A stretch of DNA of 51,139 bases from Candidatus Micrarchaeota archaeon (GTDB taxonomy: Archaea; Micrarchaeota; Micrarchaeia; Micrarchaeales; CABMGC01): contig CAZCSE010000002.1 in assembly GCA_964501245.1 (NCBI GenBank), positions 1 through 51,139 of the forward strand, read 5' to 3'. The position numbers and the translations under genes are program-made. Of the stretch, positions 10,524 to 19,738 are shown one piece after another. Position 1 is the first letter of the stretch; each line of letters starts with the position of its first letter. The notes beneath the pieces were generated by a model that searched no databases, had not been told where the DNA came from, and worked only from the letters and a program-made list of their open reading frames with translations.

Positions 10524-10934
10524 ATGGCAAGAAATGCAAGAAATGCACGTGATACAAGAAGTACATTGGCTAAGCCAGTATCTGGCAATGCCGCTGCACA
10601 CGTTCTGCAGTTTATAGGCAGCTTGATCTTCCTAGGATTGATCTTCTGGGGAGGAGTAGGTGCGCAATATAACATGAATTCGTGGAATGCGCTTGGCGGA
10701 GGAGTCTGGCTCCCCGTATTCTTCTCTCTTGCAGTAGTAGCGTCTGTAGCTCTCTTCTTTGTAAGTATAGCTAACATAGCTAGTCCAGGAGGGATATACA
10801 GATATGGAGGAATGCAGCTTGCTGCTGTTGCAGGAATATGCCTTACTGCTCTGACATACGGTTCAGCAAGCTATTTCTGGGCTGCAGTAGTAGGATTCAT
10901 AATAGCAGTGATAGGAGGCATCTTCACAAGATAA
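10524..10934 (+). CDS. Small multi-pass membrane protein of unknown function
   Basis: 136 aa with a basic N-terminus (MARNARNARDTR) followed by about four hydrophobic helices. Divergent from the giant surface-protein gene. Confidence 0.5.
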   Translation: MARNARNARDTRSTLAKPVSGNAAAHVLQFIGSLIFLGLIFWGGVGAQYNMNSWNALGGGVWLPVFFSLAVVASVALFFVSIANIASPGGIYRYGGMQLAAVAGICLTALTYGSASYFWAAVVGFIIAVIGGIFTR

Positions 10935-10946
10935 GACTCTTACAGA

Positions 10947-10970
10947 TTTTATTTTTTAATTTTATTTTTT
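10947..10970. terminator. Oligo-T tracts between convergent genes; likely bidirectional archaeal terminator
   Basis: ttttattttttaattttatttttt lies between the stop at 10934 (+) and the stop at 11026 (-). Confidence 0.4.
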
Positions 10971-11025
10971 GTCTTTTCCTTATTTACTTTGCTGATAATC
11001 AGTACTTAATAGCAAGTATGACAGT

Positions 11026-13812
11026 CTACTTTTTGCTGACCGTAGCGTTTGTCTGATTTTTAGCAATGCTGTTCGAGGCACTGGACTTTGTGTTATTGGT
11101 TGTTGTAGATGATATGCTGTTAACAGTAACAGTATTCGAGTTTATGCTATTAGCGGATGAGACCTTTGTAGATGTACTGTTATTGGATACAGAACTTACA
11201 GGTATGCTGCTTGAACTGTTAGTAATGGCAGGCGTGCTGTTCGTATTGTAAAGAATCTTGAATATCTTTGTATCTGGATTTGCATATATCAATTGCATAG
11301 AGACATTCCTGTTGTTCCATGCGCATGAATAGCTTGAGCATAAGAACAGGAACTTTGCCAGGTTGGTATCCGCAAGATAGCTGCTGAGTATGTATGCACC
11401 GGTTATATTTACAGGGTATCCCTGTCTAGGGACATTTGAGTACATTAATACAAGCATGTTTCCACTTGTCTGATTGAAGTATGTAGGCTTCACCACACTG
11501 AAGTTTGCATTGTCCTGATTGTATAGCACTACGGTTGAAAATGGAGATATCTCCTCCTGTCCTGTCTGCAATGTCTTGTATAATATATATGCCTTAAAGT
11601 CAGTGATAGAATTGTTCCTTGGGATTGACATCACTACATCTATTCCTTGTGGATTCGAAAGCTGGAAGAGTTCGGTTGTAGAATTGAAGTTCTCTGCAAA
11701 CTGGTCCAGTAGAACAGATCCGTATAATGAAGCATTTGTAGTGAGGTTTGATTCTATATATATGCCCTGTGTTTCTACCATCCATGTATATCTTGCAACA
11801 AAATATTCCGGTTTCCCGTTTATCTTGCTGGAGAGGAACTGGGGATCTGAACTTGAATTGAATAGCCATGCTGCAAATGGGTCTGCCTTGCTTGAATTCT
11901 GTGAACCTACACTGTCCGTAACGCTTGTCCTGTTAGCCCAGCCTTCAACTACGCTACCATCAGGCCATAGGGTAAGAACAGTAGCGTTTGCAGGTGAGTT
12001 TGCCTTCAGCCATGTCATTGCGCTCAGGAACTGAGGATTTACGTTGTCTGCCTGAGATAGATTATTAGCGTATATGCCGCCCACATACATCAGCACTATT
12101 ATGAATGATATTAGCAGTACAGACCCAACAGCCAATGTTGCATATTTGGCATGTATCTCATGCTTGTCGTGATGGTTTGTTTCGTAATAGAGATATGCAG
12201 GATATGCAAATGTAAGTACCAGGAAGAGCGCAATGGTAGGAATTAAACCGAATGTGGAGATGTAAGAATACATGTCAATCGAGTTTACAGCGGAGAGAAT
12301 TAGACCTGTTATGAGAAGTATCTCTAGAAATGCCATGATATACTTAAATTGTGTCTTTGATGAGCTTCTCACAAACGATAGAAGCCAGTATACAGTATAT
12401 GCTGCAAATATTGCAAGAGGAACAGATATCAATGAGTTGAACCTTATTGCATTTATCTGAAGGTAAGCTGTTACGGCAAAGTATGCCATCAGTATAAGCA
12501 TTCCTGGATTTATGCCGAACACTGCCTTTGCCTTTCCTTTCATATATCCTCCGGAATCAAAGACCTGCATGAACAGGTAGGGAAGCATAAGGACCATCAT
12601 TATAATCCAGATTGCTGCCCTTGAGACAGTTGTTGCTGCTGTGCCGAGATACATTATTATGGTCATTGGGGTTATGAAGAGAACATTTCCAAAGCTTGCA
12701 TAAAGGAACGCTTGCGTAGGAGGCTGGAGCTCCTGTATTGTAGCTGCAAAATTGCTCGTTATGATGAAGCCGTTCCCCACAAATATCTCGTATATGAACT
12801 GGTTATCAACAAAATATATGATTGCTAATGCTACAAGAAACACAAGCACCGTGATTATGGTCCTTGTAACTGGTGATCCGACAAATGATTTGTATTTGCT
12901 TGCATTGTCAGATAGATATTTAGCGATAAACCACCCTATAACTGCGAGCACTATCAGAGATATAGTATTTAATCCGGTAAATGTCTGGTGGACAAAGAAC
13001 CCAAACGCGATGTATATGTTTACAAGTATGTACCATAAGATAAATGAAGCTACAAGATATTTGGAATCCTCTAGAAGATCCTTCTTATCAAATATGAATG
13101 ATACGAATATCACGAGCATCAGCATTACCATATAAACCGCAGTTGCAAATGCCGCTCCGTTCCAGACATAATTGGATAAACTCAGGAAGACCGCAGAGAG
13201 TATCGCATATGCCATTTTCTTTTTGTCAAATTGTATTTTTGATATCTTATGCCTGTGCTTTTCCTCTGAAGGCTCTTTCATTATAAGAGCTGCAAATATC
13301 AACGCTATTATCAGAAAGATTGTGACAAAGCCGTCTCCCCTGTATATAAGCGCACTTGTTCTTGCGGCATCTCCCATGCTAAGCGCAACAAAGAGCATTG
13401 ATAATATGCCGAAGAGTTTGTCTTTCGTTATCATTCTTGCAAGGAGGTATGCGCCTATAACGTCGAATATTCCGAATAATACAGGAACTAGGCGCATTAC
13501 ATCGTAGTAGCTTATTCCAAAGAACTGAAGGAAGAAGTATGGGAATAGGGTCACCCAGTAAAGACCTTCAGGCTCAAGGACCACTGTAGGAGATGGATAG
13601 CCTGATATGTGAAGCACATGGGGCACTATGAAATTGTTGTTTACAGCTGCCCTTATTACAGAGAAGTGGTAGAAGCCGTCAGGCTCATAAAAGCCTGCAT
13701 CTCCCAGCATAGTCGTTCTGTATATTATCGTCAAGTATATGATTGCTATCGTTATTACAAGGAAGACGAGAAATTGCACTCTCCTTGATTCTAAAGCCTC
13801 TTTTATTCCCAT
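11026..13812 (-). CDS. STT3/AglB-like GT-C membrane glycosyltransferase (oligosaccharyltransferase family) with a degenerate catalytic motif
   Basis: 928 aa: a long multi-TM N-terminal half, a soluble C-terminal domain and an S/T/N-rich tail. First loop YEPDGFYHF resembles the acidic xDGY loop of PglB/AglB. TLWPDGSVVEGW sits where WWDYG is expected. Confidence 0.5.
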   Translation of the reverse strand: MGIKEALESRRVQFLVFLVITIAIIYLTIIYRTTMLGDAGFYEPDGFYHFSVIRAAVNNNFIVPHVLHISGYPSPTVVLEPEGLYWVTLFPYFFLQFFGISYYDVMRLVPVLFGIFDVIGAYLLARMITKDKLFGILSMLFVALSMGDAARTSALIYRGDGFVTIFLIIALIFAALIMKEPSEEKHRHKISKIQFDKKKMAYAILSAVFLSLSNYVWNGAAFATAVYMVMLMLVIFVSFIFDKKDLLEDSKYLVASFILWYILVNIYIAFGFFVHQTFTGLNTISLIVLAVIGWFIAKYLSDNASKYKSFVGSPVTRTIITVLVFLVALAIIYFVDNQFIYEIFVGNGFIITSNFAATIQELQPPTQAFLYASFGNVLFITPMTIIMYLGTAATTVSRAAIWIIMMVLMLPYLFMQVFDSGGYMKGKAKAVFGINPGMLILMAYFAVTAYLQINAIRFNSLISVPLAIFAAYTVYWLLSFVRSSSKTQFKYIMAFLEILLITGLILSAVNSIDMYSYISTFGLIPTIALFLVLTFAYPAYLYYETNHHDKHEIHAKYATLAVGSVLLISFIIVLMYVGGIYANNLSQADNVNPQFLSAMTWLKANSPANATVLTLWPDGSVVEGWANRTSVTDSVGSQNSSKADPFAAWLFNSSSDPQFLSSKINGKPEYFVARYTWMVETQGIYIESNLTTNASLYGSVLLDQFAENFNSTTELFQLSNPQGIDVVMSIPRNNSITDFKAYILYKTLQTGQEEISPFSTVVLYNQDNANFSVVKPTYFNQTSGNMLVLMYSNVPRQGYPVNITGAYILSSYLADTNLAKFLFLCSSYSCAWNNRNVSMQLIYANPDTKIFKILYNTNSTPAITNSSSSIPVSSVSNNSTSTKVSSANSINSNTVTVNSISSTTTNNTKSSASNSIAKNQTNATVSKK

Positions 13813-13876
13813 GTCTTACTCCTTTAAGTCTTTGGAAAAGTAATTAAAATTACAGAAATTTTATGATGTGCAAACA

Positions 13877-14479
13877 TTAAATAGGTTTATGCAGTTGCTT
13901 TGCATCTGGCTTTCTTGCAAAGACAAGGTATGCAGTATGCCATAGCCCTTTTGTAGATGGGCGCATGCCCTCTTTCCTTACCAGCATATCCCTGACTATT
14001 ACCTCTACAGTATGAATGTCTGAGAACTTCAGCTTCTCAAGCTTGGAAGCGAATCTCTGTACCTGCTCCATATGCGGCAGATAGCCGACAACCGTACCCC
14101 CTTCTGCTAGTGCCTTCTTTGCATTTGCCAGCGCTTTTTCGGAAGAAGGCAGATCCAGAACTATAAGGTCAAGATTCTTTTCGTATATTTTTTTGAATAC
14201 GTCTTCATTCCTGAACTCTATGTTTGTGAGTCCCAGCATATTTGCATTCCTCTCCGCTATAGCAATGAATTCCTTTCTTAGATCATAGCTGTAGACCTTG
14301 CCGCAGATCCTTGCAAGCGAGACGGCGAGCCATCCGCTCCCTGTGCCTGCGTCCATGCATGTGCTTTCTTTGCTTATTCCGGAATATGCGATGATTATAC
14401 CTATGTCCTTTGGCAGCATCACCTGTGGACCCCGTTTTAGCTTTCGGTACATCTTCGGGTATATGAACATGTTATTCAC
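13877..14479 (-). CDS. trmI: tRNA (adenine-N1)-methyltransferase, TrmI/Gcd14-like SAM-dependent methyltransferase
   Basis: SAM motif I DAGTGSGWLAVSLA, then LDLP and GGTVVGYLPHMEQV, typical of TrmI. Overlaps the topA stop by 8 nt. Confidence 0.6.
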   Translation of the reverse strand: MNNMFIYPKMYRKLKRGPQVMLPKDIGIIIAYSGISKESTCMDAGTGSGWLAVSLARICGKVYSYDLRKEFIAIAERNANMLGLTNIEFRNEDVFKKIYEKNLDLIVLDLPSSEKALANAKKALAEGGTVVGYLPHMEQVQRFASKLEKLKFSDIHTVEVIVRDMLVRKEGMRPSTKGLWHTAYLVFARKPDAKQLHKPI

Positions 14480-16607
14480 TTGCTTTTGCGGCCTTCTTAA
14501 CCTTTCTCTTTTTTGAATCTGCTTTTTTCTGGGTCTTGCGCACAGGAGCTTTCTTAGTTGTTTTCTTAACAGCGGGAGTATCTGCTTTTTTCTCTGTTCC
14601 TTCCTGCTCGCTCTTTATCTGCGCTGCTGTCTTAGGCTTCCCCCAGTCTTTCTTAGTCTCGCAGTTTGGATCGAGGCACATCTGGAAGACGCGCTTCCCT
14701 CTCCTGAATACCTTTACTATAGGCGTACCGCAAAATTCGCATGTCTTTCCCGTAGGCTTTACAAACGAATACTGTGGCAGCGGGTAAGAGAGCTGGCAGT
14801 TGTTGCACTGCACGAATGACTTGCCTGCAGTAGACCTTCTTACTATCAGATCACCACCGCACTTGCACTTGCCTATGCTTGCTTCCATCTCGCTCTTTTC
14901 CAGGCCCATTGACAGCCTCTTCCCTATCTCAGTCTGCTTCTCCTTGAATATGTTTGTTATTTTTGTTATTATGTCCTTCCCTTCCTTTATCACCGTCTCG
15001 CTTTCGAGAGTTCCTTTTGATATGCTATCCATGTCCTCTTCCAGCTTCCTTGTCAGCTGTTCGTCTAGTATATCAGGGCAGTATGAGTGAAGTGCGTCGT
15101 ATATGCTCATTCCGAATCCAGTAACCTCTATCTGTGAGTTCCTTATGTACTCCCTCCTGAAAAGCGTGTCTATAATCTCTGCCCTTGTTGCCTTTGTCCC
15201 CAGCTCCTTCTCCTCTAGAGTGGATATGAGGCTTGCCTTGTTGTATCTCCTTGGAGGCTCGGTCTTAAGCGCCCTTGATTCTATCTTTTCAACAGGATAT
15301 AGGTCTCCTTTGCCAAATTCAGGAAGCTCTCTTGTCTTTGGATTATAATATTTATATATCTCTATCCATCCTTTCTTGAGAAGCCTTGAACCTGAAGCCC
15401 TGTACTTCTCGTCGCTTATGCCTATTACCACCTCGTTATTCTCCGTGGATGCACTCTCCGCAAAGCATGCAAGGAACCTTCTTGTTATCAGGTCGTAAAG
15501 CTTTTGCTCCTCTGCAGTCAGCTTCTTTGGCTCTTCGCCAGTAGGATATATTGCAGGATGGGCTTCATCTGCCTTCTTTCCCTCTATAGGCTTGAACCTG
15601 TTGCCATTAATCAGCAGCAATGCGTCTTCCTTGTATCCCTCAATCTTTGAGAGCATGTTGAGTATGTTCCTGAAGTTCAGTGTGAACGGAAGCTTCTGCG
15701 AACTTGTTCTTGGATATGAGATGTATGAACGTTCGTAAAGAGACTGTGCAACAGCAAGTGTCCTGGAAGGGTCCATCTTGAATACCCTGCTCGCTTCAAG
15801 CTGCAGAGAGGTAAGATCAAATGGAGGGAACGGCCAATGCTCCTTTATGTTCTTCTCTACTGATTCGACCTTTGCCTCCTTTCCTGCATTCTTGATTATT
15901 GATTCTGCTTCCTTTGCATCGAATATAGAACCCTTTATGCATTCGAATTCAGTTCCGTTTACAAATGCGAATATCTTCCAGTAATCTTTTGGGGAGAAGT
16001 TCTTTATTGCAAGTTCTCTCTCAGCAAGAAGACCTAATGCAGGCCCTTGTACCCTTCCTATGCTGAGTATCTTCTTCACTCCTTGAGTTGATATCGCCCT
16101 CATCAATGACCTTGAGAGGTTTATCCCCCACATCCAGTCAAGCTTGTGGCGTGCCTCACCTGCATAGAAGTTCTCGAAATCGAAATCGGATACGTTCTCA
16201 TATGACTTGACAAGATCTGGTTTTGTAGTCGTCGAGAATTTCATTCTCTTTACGTTTGCCTTTGGCAGCTCTGAATTGACATTGGAATTTACCACATACT
16301 TTATCAGGTTGCTGCCTATTACCGTACCCTCTATATCGTAGTCGCACGCGTTTATGTAGAACGAGCACTTTTTGCCTACCGCGTATATCGTATCTATGTA
16401 TTTCTTAGTGAAGTAAGCTGATTTGTTAACCTTGTACGACTCTACCCATTCCACATCAAAGACTGGAACGTCGGAATCGCTGCGCTGCTTTATTGTAAAA
16501 AGATGGCCTGCAGCTGCTACTATATATAGAGTGTCGCCGCCTTTCTTTATTTCATAGTATCTCACACCGTTAGTAACATATGAGAGCGGCTTGCCATCAT
16601 CTGCCAA
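14472..16607 (-). CDS. topA: Type IA DNA topoisomerase (TopA/Topo III-like) with C-terminal zinc ribbons and a lysine-rich tail; the true start is probably upstream near 16664
   Basis: SIGRVQGPALGLL and YISYPRTSSQ (active-site Tyr region). Two Cys4 ribbons (CKCGGDL..CNNC, CEFCGTP..CLDPNC). The conserved Toprim strand KLIIAEKPSVA is encoded in frame just upstream of the track start. Confidence 0.85.
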   Translation of the reverse strand: MADDGKPLSYVTNGVRYYEIKKGGDTLYIVAAAGHLFTIKQRSDSDVPVFDVEWVESYKVNKSAYFTKKYIDTIYAVGKKCSFYINACDYDIEGTVIGSNLIKYVVNSNVNSELPKANVKRMKFSTTTKPDLVKSYENVSDFDFENFYAGEARHKLDWMWGINLSRSLMRAISTQGVKKILSIGRVQGPALGLLAERELAIKNFSPKDYWKIFAFVNGTEFECIKGSIFDAKEAESIIKNAGKEAKVESVEKNIKEHWPFPPFDLTSLQLEASRVFKMDPSRTLAVAQSLYERSYISYPRTSSQKLPFTLNFRNILNMLSKIEGYKEDALLLINGNRFKPIEGKKADEAHPAIYPTGEEPKKLTAEEQKLYDLITRRFLACFAESASTENNEVVIGISDEKYRASGSRLLKKGWIEIYKYYNPKTRELPEFGKGDLYPVEKIESRALKTEPPRRYNKASLISTLEEKELGTKATRAEIIDTLFRREYIRNSQIEVTGFGMSIYDALHSYCPDILDEQLTRKLEEDMDSISKGTLESETVIKEGKDIITKITNIFKEKQTEIGKRLSMGLEKSEMEASIGKCKCGGDLIVRRSTAGKSFVQCNNCQLSYPLPQYSFVKPTGKTCEFCGTPIVKVFRRGKRVFQMCLDPNCETKKDWGKPKTAAQIKSEQEGTEKKADTPAVKKTTKKAPVRKTQKKADSKKRKVKKAAKASE

Positions 16608-16676
16608 TGAGTAAGCTATCCTTATCGCTACGCTTGGTTTTTCTGCTATTATCAGTTTGTTTATTCTACCTACCTT

Positions 16677-16916
16677 CTATCTTCTTTTAGGCCTTTTTTG
16701 CTTTGTACGTCCCTTTTGTCTTTGAGGAGTGCTTTCTTTATAACTTATATTCTTTGAAAGATAAAGACCTGCTATTATTGTAAGGACTACACATATATAG
16801 AAAACTACCGGAGAATTTAGTATGAATGGCGATGATATTATCGCCACTATTCCCAGTGCCACTACTATTAACGATACTGCCATAAGTTGCTGTTCGCCGT
16901 TCGTGTAAGATTTCAT
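16677..16916 (-). CDS. Small two-TM membrane protein with a basic C-terminal tail; unknown function
   Basis: 79 aa with two hydrophobic helices, then QRQKGRTKQKRPKRR. Its TAG stop is in frame with the topA N-terminal extension. Confidence 0.4.
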   Translation of the reverse strand: MKSYTNGEQQLMAVSLIVVALGIVAIISSPFILNSPVVFYICVVLTIIAGLYLSKNISYKESTPQRQKGRTKQKRPKRR

Positions 16917-16989
16917 ATACTTATCAATTCCAAGATACTGTTAAAAGTTATAATAGTTTATGCTATGAAGATATTCGGCAGGTATTGGA

Positions 16990-17343
16990 ATGGACACTCT
17001 TTTAATAGTATTAATAACCTTCATAGCCGCTTTCTTTGCAGCTCTTGCGCAGTACTTCTTCAAGGGAGCCCTGCCCAAGTTTGGTTTCAATCTTAAGGAG
17101 ATGCTAGGACTTTTCAGGAATAAAGGAGTGATTACAGGTATAATAGTTTATCTGATAGGATTGGGCTTCTACCTCTATGCACTTAAGTCTGGAGAGCTCT
17201 CTTTCGTATATCCGGTCTTTTCTATAATATTTGTCTTTGTCGCGCTGATAGGCATGGTGAAGTTCAAGGAAAGACTGGGGGTTAAGAGGATCTTGGGTCT
17301 GGCGCTGATAATAATAGGCATAGTTGTTATAGCACTCACTTAG
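16990..17343 (+). CDS. Half-size DMT/EamA-type (ArnE/ArnF-like) small membrane transporter subunit
   Basis: 117 aa, multi-TM. EamA-like C-terminal pattern SFVYPVFS...GMVKFKERLGVKRILGLALIIIGIVVI. Paired with the adjacent paralog. Confidence 0.5.
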   Translation: MDTLLIVLITFIAAFFAALAQYFFKGALPKFGFNLKEMLGLFRNKGVITGIIVYLIGLGFYLYALKSGELSFVYPVFSIIFVFVALIGMVKFKERLGVKRILGLALIIIGIVVIALT

Positions 17344-17351
17344 ATGGTATT

Positions 17352-17693
17352 ATGGAAAAGGATAGCAAGCTGTTTTATATTGTTCTTCTCGTATTCAGCA
17401 CGTCATTGGGAGGCATCGGTCAGTTCCTATTTAAGGAAGGGTTGCTACAGCCTGCCATTTATCTTGAGGTATTGATAATAGCAATAGGCGTACTCGTCTA
17501 TGTGATATCTACGGCCATATACTTCTATACTCTGGCAAGAACACATCTCAGCTGGGCTTATGGCTTTGGAGGGATAAGCTATATTGTAGCTGAGCTGCTC
17601 GCATACTTTGTACTGCTTGAACCTGTAGGCATAACAAGGTGGATAGGCGTTCTGATAATAGCCGTAGGCACTGCACTTGTCGGCCTTAGCTGA
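17352..17693 (+). CDS. Half-size DMT/EamA-type (ArnE/ArnF-like) small membrane transporter subunit, second of the pair
   Basis: 113 aa, multi-TM, starts 8 nt after the previous gene. LSWAYGFGG...LLEPVGITRWIGVLIIAVG pattern. Confidence 0.5.
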   Translation: MEKDSKLFYIVLLVFSTSLGGIGQFLFKEGLLQPAIYLEVLIIAIGVLVYVISTAIYFYTLARTHLSWAYGFGGISYIVAELLAYFVLLEPVGITRWIGVLIIAVGTALVGLS

Positions 17694-17713
17694 TAAGAAG
17701 TGCTTTTTATCCT

Positions 17714-18613
17714 TTGTACCTATCATATATAGGTTGGATGCTGCCCGAATGGTTGAGCGTAAGGCCCGCAACTACTGAGAGATATGCGCATATCAAGGAT
17801 AGGGTTAGAGAGCTCTCTTTGCATACAGTTTGCGTCGAAGCACAGTGCCCAAACATAACAGAGTGCTGGTCAGGAGGCACGGCCACCTTTATGGTACTTG
17901 GAAGCAGATGCACACGCGGCTGTAGGTTCTGTGCGGTTACCAAGAGCGCAATCGGCAACGCTATTGACAAAGATGAGCCGGACAAACTTGCCCAGGTAAT
18001 CAAGGAGTGGGGATTAAGCTATGTGGTAATAACATCCGTAGCTAGGGATGATCTTGAAGACCAGGGATCGCTGCACTTTGCAGCTTGCATAAAGGCGATA
18101 AAAGAGATATGCCCTGATACTATGATAGAGGTACTGATACCAGATTTCCAAGGAAATGAAGGATTTCTGAAGAATGTCGTTGATGCAAGGCCGGATGTAA
18201 TAGGAAACAATATAGAGACAGTTGAGAGGCTGAGCAAAGAGGTAAGGGACAGGAGAGCTGATTACTGGCAGAGCATAGAGCTCTTGAAAAGAGTAAAATT
18301 ACTTGACAAGAGGATATACACAAAATCTGCAATGATGCTTGGGATAGGAGAAAGACCTGAAGAAGTCGTACAGAGCATGCGTGACTTAAGAGCTGCAGAG
18401 GTTGATTTTGTTGCGATAGGACAGTACCTCAAGCCAAAAGGCCATCATCTTGAGGTTAAGGAGTTCATAAAACCGGAAATTTTCGATGAGTACAGGAAGA
18501 AGGGCATAGAGCTCGGCTTCAGGTACGTTGCCTCAGGTCCTTTTGTAAGGAGCTCTTACAGGGCAGGAGAGCACTTTATATCGAATGTTGTGAAAGCGGA
18601 TAGCGCTCATTGA
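17714..18613 (+). CDS. lipA: Lipoyl synthase (radical SAM); likely start at MLPEWL (17738)
   Basis: Auxiliary-cluster CX4CX5C (CVEAQCPNITEC) and radical-SAM CX3CX2C (CTRGCRFC). C-terminal RSSY motif (VRSSYRA). Confidence 0.85.
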   Translation: MYLSYIGWMLPEWLSVRPATTERYAHIKDRVRELSLHTVCVEAQCPNITECWSGGTATFMVLGSRCTRGCRFCAVTKSAIGNAIDKDEPDKLAQVIKEWGLSYVVITSVARDDLEDQGSLHFAACIKAIKEICPDTMIEVLIPDFQGNEGFLKNVVDARPDVIGNNIETVERLSKEVRDRRADYWQSIELLKRVKLLDKRIYTKSAMMLGIGERPEEVVQSMRDLRAAEVDFVAIGQYLKPKGHHLEVKEFIKPEIFDEYRKKGIELGFRYVASGPFVRSSYRAGEHFISNVVKADSAH

Positions 18614-19689
18614 TCCAACAGGTATGTTGCACCCCTCCAGGTTATCCTCTTCATCATTCGTGCAGAGATCAGATTATAGGTATATATGAACGGAATCAGT
18701 ATTACTATCAATGCTATCGTAGGATCTGAACTCTTTGCCCTTTCATAAGACCTTTTCCAGCTTACGGCAAGATGCGCAAAGAGCAGCAGGAATATTGGAG
18801 AGATGTATACGGAGAGCAAAGCGGCAGATACCATAACGAATATCTCTGAGCAGTAGAAGAACATTCCTCTCTTGAAATTGTTGCTGTAGCCCAGAAGAGT
18901 CAAAGCTGTCTGCCTGTTAGACCACTCTATGAATTGTTCAAAGCTGTCATTTGTCTTTACAACAGGCTGAGCTTCCTTAACATAAGCAATCCCCATTCTC
19001 TTCCTTTTGCATATCTTTGTAATAGTTATATCATCTGAAACCGAGTACTTTGAATTGATGAAATAGAGCTGCTCCTTCCGTCCCACCAGATCCTTCCTGA
19101 AAGCCATCGTGCCTCCCCATGCAAATCTGCTTGACGGATTTTCAAGAAGATTCTCTCCGACAAAATTCCATACCATCTTGACCTTAGGCCAGAATCCACC
19201 CAGTGGCTGAAAGCGCGGATATGTTGTTGATATGCCAATGTTCTTCTGGGATAACGGTGCGATAATACTGCTAAGCCAAGACCTGTTTACCGTTATGTCA
19301 GAATCAGCAATTACATAAGCCTCGTAGTTCCTAAAACACTTCAGGGCAGATGCTATTGCTTTTACCTTGCCACTCGCCCTTCTGCTTTTAACGTTTGATA
19401 TGATGTAGGATATGCCTGCCTTTTTTATCAGATGCGTGGCCTCGTCATTCTCTGAGTCAACAACTGCAATTACTTTGTACTTTTTGTAACTCTGGTTTTT
19501 CAACGCAAGTAGATTCTGATAAAGGCTTATGTCAATCCCTTTGCATGGAACTATTACCAGGGTTTTAGGGGCATACTTTTTCTCATACAACTCCTTCTTC
19601 CTGAATAATCTTGCAGAGTCTATTGATAATAGCATTATGGCAGCAAGAACTGCAAGCAATTCCAATGCTTCCAAGAGTAGATCTGGCAT
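18607..19689 (-). CDS. Family 2 glycosyltransferase with N- and C-terminal TM segments
   Basis: VIVPCKGID...VIAVVDSENDEA, a DxD-like ADSD, and membrane helices at the C-terminus. Confidence 0.65.
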   Translation of the reverse strand: MPDLLLEALELLAVLAAIMLLSIDSARLFRKKELYEKKYAPKTLVIVPCKGIDISLYQNLLALKNQSYKKYKVIAVVDSENDEATHLIKKAGISYIISNVKSRRASGKVKAIASALKCFRNYEAYVIADSDITVNRSWLSSIIAPLSQKNIGISTTYPRFQPLGGFWPKVKMVWNFVGENLLENPSSRFAWGGTMAFRKDLVGRKEQLYFINSKYSVSDDITITKICKRKRMGIAYVKEAQPVVKTNDSFEQFIEWSNRQTALTLLGYSNNFKRGMFFYCSEIFVMVSAALLSVYISPIFLLLFAHLAVSWKRSYERAKSSDPTIALIVILIPFIYTYNLISARMMKRITWRGATYLLDQ

Positions 19690-19738
19690 GGAGATACCTT
19701 AATTAAGATAATTTATTATACTATTTTAAGCTGTTTGG

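Noticed and set aside
10527-10544. A tandem 9-nt duplication gcaagaaat x2 at the start of ORF 10524..10934, giving MARNARNAR.
   Set aside because: It is only two short copies inside a coding N-terminus. This looks like a trivial slippage duplication rather than a regulatory repeat.
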